A DNA stretch of 64,000 nt. Source: Chloroflexota bacterium. GTDB taxonomy: Bacteria; Chloroflexota; UBA11872. The notes under the pieces are model-generated. The model did not search any database, was not told where the DNA came from, and saw nothing but the letters and a program-made list of their open reading frames with translations. The stretch is from contig CBDHGI010000006.1 of NCBI GenBank assembly GCA_965263075.1, forward strand, positions 3,036,281 to 3,100,280. Reading direction: 5' to 3'. Below are positions 58,414-64,000 of this stretch, piece by piece. Numbering within the stretch: position 1 is the stretch's first letter; every line of letters begins with the position of its first letter. The translations under genes and the position numbers were made by a program.

Positions 58414-58899
58414 ATGGCGGACCGTCGCGGCGCGCGTTCCGAACCTCTGGCTCTCGCGTTGCGTTTTCTGGCGTCGCGGTCGCGCTCTGAAGCGGAGGTG
58501 CGTGAGCGCCTGGCCTCGCGCGGGGTTGACGCTCAGGACATCGAGGGCGTGCTGGAGCGTCTGCGGGAAATCGGCTACGTGAACGACGCCGACTTCGCGG
58601 CGGCGGTGATCCGCGCGCGTACCCAGAGGCGGGCGCGTGGGCGGCGACTGGTGGCGGAAGAGTTGCAGGCTAAAGGCGTCAGCGAGGATGTGGCCGAGTC
58701 CGTGCTGAACGCGTGCTATGGGGACGAGCTTGCGGTGGCGCGGCCGGTGGCTGAACGGCAGGCCCGCCGGTTGCAGGGGCGCGGGTTTGCGGAGTTCCGG
58801 CAGCGTTTAGGCGCGTTTCTGGTGCGGCGGGGTTTCGAGCATGCCACCGCGGAATCGCTGGTGACGGAGCTCTGGGAGACCTATGGGTTAGCGGACTAG
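58414..58899 (+). CDS. recX: recombination regulator RecX
   Basis: ALRFLASRSRSEAEVRERLASRGV...YVNDADFAAAVIR.. three-repeat helical pattern. Confidence 0.88.
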   Translation: MADRRGARSEPLALALRFLASRSRSEAEVRERLASRGVDAQDIEGVLERLREIGYVNDADFAAAVIRARTQRRARGRRLVAEELQAKGVSEDVAESVLNACYGDELAVARPVAERQARRLQGRGFAEFRQRLGAFLVRRGFEHATAESLVTELWETYGLAD

Positions 58900-59007
58900 T
58901 CCGGCTTCGGGCGCCCGGTCGTTGAGTGCGTTAGCCTTTGATCAGGCGCTTGGCTCTGGGGGCAGCGGACGACGGGCGTCTCATTGGAAGGCGAAATGGA
59001 GCACAGC

Positions 59008-59271
59008 ATGAACGAGGTGATTTCCTGGGTAGTCCCCGCGCTGGTGGTCGCGGCCGGCATCGGTGGGTTTGCGTGGATTACACGGAAGAGGGATGCCGCC
59101 GACTTGAGGGCCCCGTCCTGGTACTGGGGCTCGCGAAGACGAAGATACGACGAACAAAGTGATCCAGTTCGGACCGGTAAGGTGACCCCGGTTGTTGACG
59201 CGGCCTTCGAAGCGGTTCAGGGCAACCGGAGTCCTAAGGCCGGCCGCGGGCGTCTGGGAAAGCGGCGCTAG
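59008..59271 (+). CDS. hypothetical small membrane protein
   Basis: ATG 59008 has GGAG 6 nt upstream. There is one N-terminal TM (VISWVVPALVVAAGIGGFAWI) followed by a basic tail. No family was recognised, so this is a weak call. Confidence 0.35.
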   Translation: MNEVISWVVPALVVAAGIGGFAWITRKRDAADLRAPSWYWGSRRRRYDEQSDPVRTGKVTPVVDAAFEAVQGNRSPKAGRGRLGKRR

Positions 59272-59332
59272 GCAGGTAGGCGCGGTCGCCAGGCTTTCGA
59301 GGCGGCCACGGTCCGGCGCCTCTGGCCGCTGG

Positions 59333-60883
59333 TTACGGTCCCGCTCGCAGTTCGTTGACGGCGGTCCGCACGGCGTTCGCGATCTGCACGATGGCCACGC
59401 CGCGGTCGTCGCCGGCGGCCGCGATGCACGCGGCCCGGCTGTGCAGCCACACGCCGAGTCGAGCGGCCTCCGGGGCTGCAAGACTCTGCGCCGACAGTGA
59501 GGCGATGATTCCGGCGAGCACGTCGCCGGAGCCCGCGGCGGCCAGGGCGGGGTTGGGTCGGGCGAGGATCCACACGCGGTCGGCTGCGCAAATAAACGTG
59601 GGCGAGCCCTTGGCCACGACGATGGCGCGCGTTTGGGCAGCTAGGTTCTTGGCCGCCGAGAGGCGTTGGCGGCCTTCAGGGGGCGCCGGCAGCCGGAGAA
59701 GACGCGCCAGTTCGCCGGGATGCGGGGTAAGAACGATTCCGGGGCCAAGCGTTTCGAGCAGGTCGGGTCGGTCGGCCAGGGCGTTGAGGCCGTCGGCGTC
59801 GATGACCTTGGGGGTGTCCGGAAGATTGTCCAGCAGCCCGTATACGAGTGCGTCGCCGGCGTTGCTGCGACCGAGGCCGGGGCCGACCAGGAGGGCGGTG
59901 GGTCGGGCAAACGATGCGGCGACGTCGGCGGCAATGGCGTCCACCTGCCCTGACGGCGAGGCTGACAACGGGACGAATGTAGCGGCGGGCGCCAGTGCGG
60001 CGGTGGTGGCGCAGGCCGGTTCGACGGACGCGAGGGTGACGAGGCCGGCGCCGGCACGCAACGCGGCCACGGTGGCCAGGGCGGCCGCTCCACGGTAGCG
60101 GACCGAGCCGGCCACGATGGCGAGACGGCCGAATGTGCCTTTGTGGCCGTCCAACGGACGCGGGGGCAGCAGGCGGCGAGCGGTTCGCGCGTCGATGAGG
60201 GCGGTCTTGATAGGCGCGTAGGCCGCGGCCGGAAGGCCGATGTCCAGCGCGATCTGCCGACCGGCGAACTCGATGGCCGGGTGCAGCAGGGCGCCGAGCT
60301 TCACGGGACCTGTGGCCAGGGTGAGGTGGGCGCGAAAGGCGGCTGGGTCGGCAGCCCCGGTGTCCGCATCGATACCGCTGGGGATGTCGATGGCAACACG
60401 GGTCTGTCCAGCTGCGATGGGAAGTTCGGCCAGGATGTCGGCTATGGGTCCACGCAGTGGTGGGCTGCTGCCGATGCCGAGGAGTCCGTCCAACAGAAAG
60501 GTCGCCCAACGGACGTCGTGGGTGAGCGGGCGGGGATCGCCGGTCCAGACGCGCCAGCGCACGCCGCGTGCGGTTGCGGCGGCGACCAGCGGGTCGTGGG
60601 GACGCTCGCGGGAGGCCCAGGCCGTCACTCGTGCGCCGGTGGCAGCGAGGCGGGCGGCGGCGATGAGCGCGTCGCCTCCGTTATCACCTGGGCCAACCAG
60701 CACGACGACGGATCGGCCGCCTAAGGAGCCTGTGCGCCGCAGGATGGCGGCGGCGATGGCCTGGCCGGCGTTCTGCATGAGGTTGACGCCGGGCGGCGCC
60801 TGGGTTTCCAGCGCCCGCATTTCGGCCGCGTCGACCACGCGGTCGAAGGCCGGACCGCGACCCGCGCTATGCGCCCCGATCAC
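59333..60883 (-). CDS. nnr: bifunctional NAD(P)H-hydrate epimerase / ADP-dependent dehydratase
   Basis: The N-terminal YjeF_N part has ..LMQNAGQAIA..VLVGPGDNGGDALI... The C-terminal carbohydrate-kinase part has ..HKGTFGRL..GSGDVLAG.. Confidence 0.9.
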   Translation of the reverse strand: MIGAHSAGRGPAFDRVVDAAEMRALETQAPPGVNLMQNAGQAIAAAILRRTGSLGGRSVVVLVGPGDNGGDALIAAARLAATGARVTAWASRERPHDPLVAAATARGVRWRVWTGDPRPLTHDVRWATFLLDGLLGIGSSPPLRGPIADILAELPIAAGQTRVAIDIPSGIDADTGAADPAAFRAHLTLATGPVKLGALLHPAIEFAGRQIALDIGLPAAAYAPIKTALIDARTARRLLPPRPLDGHKGTFGRLAIVAGSVRYRGAAALATVAALRAGAGLVTLASVEPACATTAALAPAATFVPLSASPSGQVDAIAADVAASFARPTALLVGPGLGRSNAGDALVYGLLDNLPDTPKVIDADGLNALADRPDLLETLGPGIVLTPHPGELARLLRLPAPPEGRQRLSAAKNLAAQTRAIVVAKGSPTFICAADRVWILARPNPALAAAGSGDVLAGIIASLSAQSLAAPEAARLGVWLHSRAACIAAAGDDRGVAIVQIANAVRTAVNELRAGP

Positions 60884-60888
60884 GGTGG

Positions 60889-61272
60889 TCAGTCCGCGGT
60901 TGCGACCACGAAGGCGATGGCGAGTTCGCGGCTGTGCGTGAGGCTGATTTCGAAGGCCGTCAGACCCAATTCACGGGCGCGGGCGGCGGCGGCGCCGTGC
61001 AGATGCACGGTGGGTTTGCCGCGACGGTCGTTCAGGACTTCGAGCTCGCGCCAGAGCACGCCGCGCATGCCGGTGCCGAGCGCCTTGGAAATGGCTTCCT
61101 TGCCGGCGAACCGGGCGGCCAGCTCTTCAGCCCGGCCACGGCAGTAGCGCTGTTCGCGCTCGGTGTAGATGCGGCGAAGGAAGCGTTCACCGAAGTGGTT
61201 CAGCGCAGCCTGGATGCGGGAAATTTCGATGGCGTCGACGCCAGCGGTGAGGCGGCGGCCGGTGGAGCTAAT
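60889..61272 (-). CDS. acpS: holo-[acyl-carrier-protein] synthase (start codon non-canonical or unresolved)
   Basis: GVDAIEISRIQAAL..FLRRIYTEREQRYC......FAGKEAISKALGTG..LEVLNDRRGKPTV. No ATG/GTG/TTG lies near the domain start. An in-frame ATT at 61272 overlaps the upstream stop. Confidence 0.8.
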   Translation of the reverse strand: MSSTGRRLTAGVDAIEISRIQAALNHFGERFLRRIYTEREQRYCRGRAEELAARFAGKEAISKALGTGMRGVLWRELEVLNDRRGKPTVHLHGAAAARARELGLTAFEISLTHSRELAIAFVVATAD

Positions 61273-62509
61273 AGCCGGTGAGTTCCACGCGCCGGACGGC
61301 TGAACGGTATTCCCAGCCGCTGCCGAGGACTTCGATCCGACGCAGCCGGACGGGGGCAGGCCGGATTTCCTGCAAGAGGGTGGGCTGGTCGAAGGTGATC
61401 CACTCGCCGGCAGGGATTTCGCGCCCGAGCTTGACGCTGAGCCCGGCGTCGTTCTGGTGGTAGAAGCCGGTGGCCCAGATCTGCTCGCGGCCGTCGGCAT
61501 CGAGGTAGGTGAGGCGCAGCATCAAGGGGTACTCGGTGCCCGCGGTGCCGCCGCCGGACAGGCTCTGCTGATCGGCTCGGACATCGGTGCGGAGGCGCAG
61601 ATTTACATAATCGCGAACATCGCGGTCGAGATCCTGCACGATGCCGCTCTCACCGTGGCGGTCGGTGGTTCCATCCGGCGTCCGGCGCTCAAACCACACG
61701 GCCTCGGATTGCGCGTTCACGGTGCCGGCGGTTCCGGCTTCGGTCACGACGAAGATGTTCCAATCCGAGCCGTCGGCCAGACGCTCGAGGAGGGGGTCAC
61801 CCAGAAGGTCGCGTTCGAGGGGGAGCGGTCCCGTGATGTTTTGGCCGGGACTGAGAACGAAACGTCGACCGGCCGGCGCCTCCACGACGTGGCTGCCCAG
61901 CCAGACCAGTGCCGTGCCCTGCCGAACGCTGAGATGCACGGTGCCGTCCGGCTCCATCTCGATGCGGTAGGTGCCTTCACTCAGGTCCAACCGTCCCTCG
62001 CCGGCGAGGACGCTGATGCGGCGATCAGGGGCGGCCGGGTGCAACGCCACGCCGATTTGTACGCGCCCCTGGAAAAGTCGAAAGACGCTGTCCTGCAAGG
62101 CAGGGTTGAAGCGGCCGTACCGCATGCGCTGCACGGCGAGTTCCGTGTCGTTGTACAGCAGTACCGTGGAGCCGTCGCGGGTGCGCAGGAAGGCGCGGGA
62201 GCGGTCGTCGGTCCGGAGGCGCGTGCCCTCGGCCAGATCGATGCGCGCGGCCATGCCCTGCCAGGTAGCGGTGGCCGGCGGCTGGACCAGGACGGTTCCT
62301 TCGAGCGCCGTGGCGGAAAAGGGACGCGATTCGCTGACGCCGCTGAACAGGGCGCCAAACCCCTGGGGTACATACAGGATGGTCACGACCAGCAGGGCCA
62401 ACGCGACGAATAGCGATACCCAGCCGAATACTTGCATCCCACGGTGACGCTCACGCGCCGGGATTACGGCCGCGCGCGCGTGCGTGCGGGACTCGGGGAG
62501 GTGTTGCAT
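61268..62509 (-). CDS. membrane-anchored hypothetical protein, possibly FecR-domain-like
   Basis: An N-terminal TM (FGWVSLFVALALLVVTILYV) is followed by a beta-rich ectodomain (..IDLAEGTRLRTDDRSRAFLRTRDGSTVLLYNDTELAV..). ATG 62509 is preferred to 62596. Confidence 0.5.
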   Translation of the reverse strand: MQHLPESRTHARAAVIPARERHRGMQVFGWVSLFVALALLVVTILYVPQGFGALFSGVSESRPFSATALEGTVLVQPPATATWQGMAARIDLAEGTRLRTDDRSRAFLRTRDGSTVLLYNDTELAVQRMRYGRFNPALQDSVFRLFQGRVQIGVALHPAAPDRRISVLAGEGRLDLSEGTYRIEMEPDGTVHLSVRQGTALVWLGSHVVEAPAGRRFVLSPGQNITGPLPLERDLLGDPLLERLADGSDWNIFVVTEAGTAGTVNAQSEAVWFERRTPDGTTDRHGESGIVQDLDRDVRDYVNLRLRTDVRADQQSLSGGGTAGTEYPLMLRLTYLDADGREQIWATGFYHQNDAGLSVKLGREIPAGEWITFDQPTLLQEIRPAPVRLRRIEVLGSGWEYRSAVRRVELTGY

Positions 62510-62519
62510 CACCTGACCC

Positions 62520-62816
62520 TTATGCGCGAATCGCGAACGCCGGCAAATCGCCGGCGGGCGCCGACCACGCCACAGTAACGGATTCGACGACTGCAAGCGG
62601 CGGTCCAGCGTGCAATGCCTGGACGAGGGCGTCCAGCGCCGGCCGCGACCCCTGGGCTGTTACTTCGACGCGCCGACCGTTTGGCAGGTTTCTGACGTGG
62701 CCGCGGAGTCCCAGTCGTTGACCCGTGCGGGCGACGAAGTAGCGGAAGCCGACACCCTGCACGCGGCCGCGGACCGTTGCGTGCAGGCGCTGGGGGCATT
62801 CGGCTTGAGCCTCCAC
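62520..62816 (-). CDS. acyP: acylphosphatase
   Basis: VRGRVQGVGFRYFVARTGQRLGLRGHVRNLPNGRRVEV. GTG 62816 lies 1 nt after the ruvB stop. Confidence 0.85.
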   Translation of the reverse strand: MEAQAECPQRLHATVRGRVQGVGFRYFVARTGQRLGLRGHVRNLPNGRRVEVTAQGSRPALDALVQALHAGPPLAVVESVTVAWSAPAGDLPAFAIRA

Positions 62817-62817
62817 G

Positions 62818-63852
62818 TCAGAGGAGCGCGGCCTGTTCGGGCGACGCGCGGGGCGGTTCGCGGTTGAGGTGTTCGTAGGCCTGGCGGGTGACGACGCGCC
62901 CGCGGGGGGTGCGGGCAATGAAGCCAGTCTGGAGCAGGAAGGGTTCGTAATAGGACTCGAGGGTTGGGACGTCCTCAGCCAGGGTGGCCGCGAGGGCCTG
63001 GAGACCAGCGGGGCCGCCGTTGAAAGCGTCCATGAGCGTGGTGAGGATGCGACGATCCATGGTGTCGAGGCCGTGGTCGTCGACGTCCAGTTCGGCGAGT
63101 GCCTCGGCGGCCACGGCGTCGGTGATGATGCCGTCGGCCTCGACTTCGGCGAAGTCGCGGACGCGACGCAGCAGGCGGTTGCAGACGCGGGCGGTGCCGC
63201 GCGAGCGTCGCGCGATGGCCAGGGCGCCGGCGTCGGTGATGGTGACGCCGAGGATCTCGGCGGAGCGCAGGACGATTCGGGCGCATTCCTCGGCGCTGTA
63301 GAACTCGAGGCGGTGGACGGAGCCGAAGCGGTCACGGAGGGCCGAGGTCAGCGAGCCTGCGCTGGTGGTGGCGCCGATGACGGTGAAGTGGGGCAGGGCC
63401 AGTCGATAGGTTCGGGCGTTGGCCTTGCCGCCGCCGACCACGATGTCGAGGGCGAAATCTTCCATGGCGGGGTAGAGGATTTCCTCGACGGTTTTGCCCA
63501 GCCGGTGGATTTCATCGATGAAGAGAACTTCGGCGGCGTCCAGGCTGCTGAGGGTGGCGGCCAGGTCGCCGGGGCGTTCGAGGGCGGGGCCGGAGGTGAC
63601 GCGCAAGCGGCCGTCCATCTCGTGGGCCACGATGTGGGCCAGGGTGGTTTTGCCGAGGCCGGGCGGACCGCCGAGGAGGATGTGGTCGACGGGCTCGCCG
63701 CGCTGTTTGGCGGCCTGGATCATCAGGCGCAGCGCGCGCTTGACGCCTTCCTGGCCGATGAACTCATCGTCCGAGAGGTCGCGGGGGCGGAGGGTGCGGT
63801 CGAGCCGCTGGTCGCCGGCGACGGATTCGACGGCGACGACGCGTTCGGTCAT
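62818..63852 (-). CDS. ruvB: Holliday junction branch migration helicase RuvB
   Basis: [59 protein letters not shown]...FIDEIHRL. Confidence 0.97.
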   Translation of the reverse strand: MTERVVAVESVAGDQRLDRTLRPRDLSDDEFIGQEGVKRALRLMIQAAKQRGEPVDHILLGGPPGLGKTTLAHIVAHEMDGRLRVTSGPALERPGDLAATLSSLDAAEVLFIDEIHRLGKTVEEILYPAMEDFALDIVVGGGKANARTYRLALPHFTVIGATTSAGSLTSALRDRFGSVHRLEFYSAEECARIVLRSAEILGVTITDAGALAIARRSRGTARVCNRLLRRVRDFAEVEADGIITDAVAAEALAELDVDDHGLDTMDRRILTTLMDAFNGGPAGLQALAATLAEDVPTLESYYEPFLLQTGFIARTPRGRVVTRQAYEHLNREPPRASPEQAALL

Positions 63853-64000
63853 GCCGGCCGGCCTCGGGATCCGAGGTCACGCAGGGCGGCGGCGATGCGG
63901 GCTTCGACGGACATGGGCTCGCCGATGGTCTGGTTGAGGGCGATGGTTGCCTCGGTGCGGGTGTAGCCGAGGCTGAGGAGGGCTTCGAGGACTTCGCGCG
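63849..64000 (-). CDS. ruvA: Holliday junction DNA helicase RuvA, C-terminal fragment (5' end outside window)
   Basis: The minus-strand frame reads ..[42 protein letters not shown].. (RuvA domain III). Its TGA overlaps the ruvB ATG (ATGA). Confidence 0.85.
   Translation of the reverse strand, partial: REVLEALLSLGYTRTEATIALNQTIGEPMSVEARIAAALRDLGSRGRPA

Noticed and set aside
58900-59332. Regulatory RNA or terminator between recX and nnr
   Set aside because: I saw no convincing stem-loop or conserved riboswitch-like core. Only a weak small membrane ORF (59008-59271) is reported.
60889-61500. 203-aa long form of AcpS starting at ATG 61500
   Set aside because: It would overlap the upstream gene by about 230 nt with a Pro/Ser/Gly-rich N-terminus. 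AcpS proteins are about 120-130 aa.

Overview
High-GC bacterial chromosomal segment; most 60-nt lines I hand-counted are 60-75% G+C. It carries about 60 protein genes. I found no rRNA, tRNA or CRISPR array. Left to right: modABC (modA cut by the window edge), an inositol-monophosphatase-family gene, an MlrC/M81 peptidase, a large ankyrin-repeat protein, an SDR, a PQQ-type sugar dehydrogenase lipoprotein, a PhyH dioxygenase, one decayed and one intact GNAT, tag, a VOC protein, a COG4091-like dehydrogenase, uvrA and a second SDR. Next comes an accessory island of about 10 kb (17.8-27.6 kb). It holds a type I R-M system (hsdM-hsdS ... hsdR) interrupted by a 321-codon ORF I cannot assign, which sits 13 nt behind hsdS. 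The island also contains two toxin-antitoxin-like cassettes and a short DUF45/M48 peptidase overlapping the hsdR stop, and it is bounded on both sides by repeat-rich non-coding DNA. After the island: a hypothetical gene plus Zn-ADH, GDPD, a sirC-like gene, an ATP-grasp-like orphan, a four-gene HlyD/FtsX/ABC exporter with a giant coiled-coil adaptor, an MFS transporter, the sufC-B-D-Rieske-S-U operon, a kamA-like gene, thyX, SpoIID and a TPP enzyme. A second small accessory islet lies at 52.9-54.9 kb, with a hicAB-like remnant, tandemly duplicated tail-anchored mini-proteins (one frameshifted) and short repeats. The window ends with a housekeeping run: cmk-plsC-der-plsY-recX, nnr-acpS, acyP-ruvB-ruvA (ruvA cut by the window edge). 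Gene order and the flavour of the intergenic repeats suggest a Chloroflexota-like (Thermomicrobia-like) genome, but I cannot verify this without a search. The best candidate for an undescribed system is orf321 (22601-23566) together with the cargo packed into the split type I R-M locus. All product calls come from motif and pattern memory applied to the supplied translations; no database was consulted.
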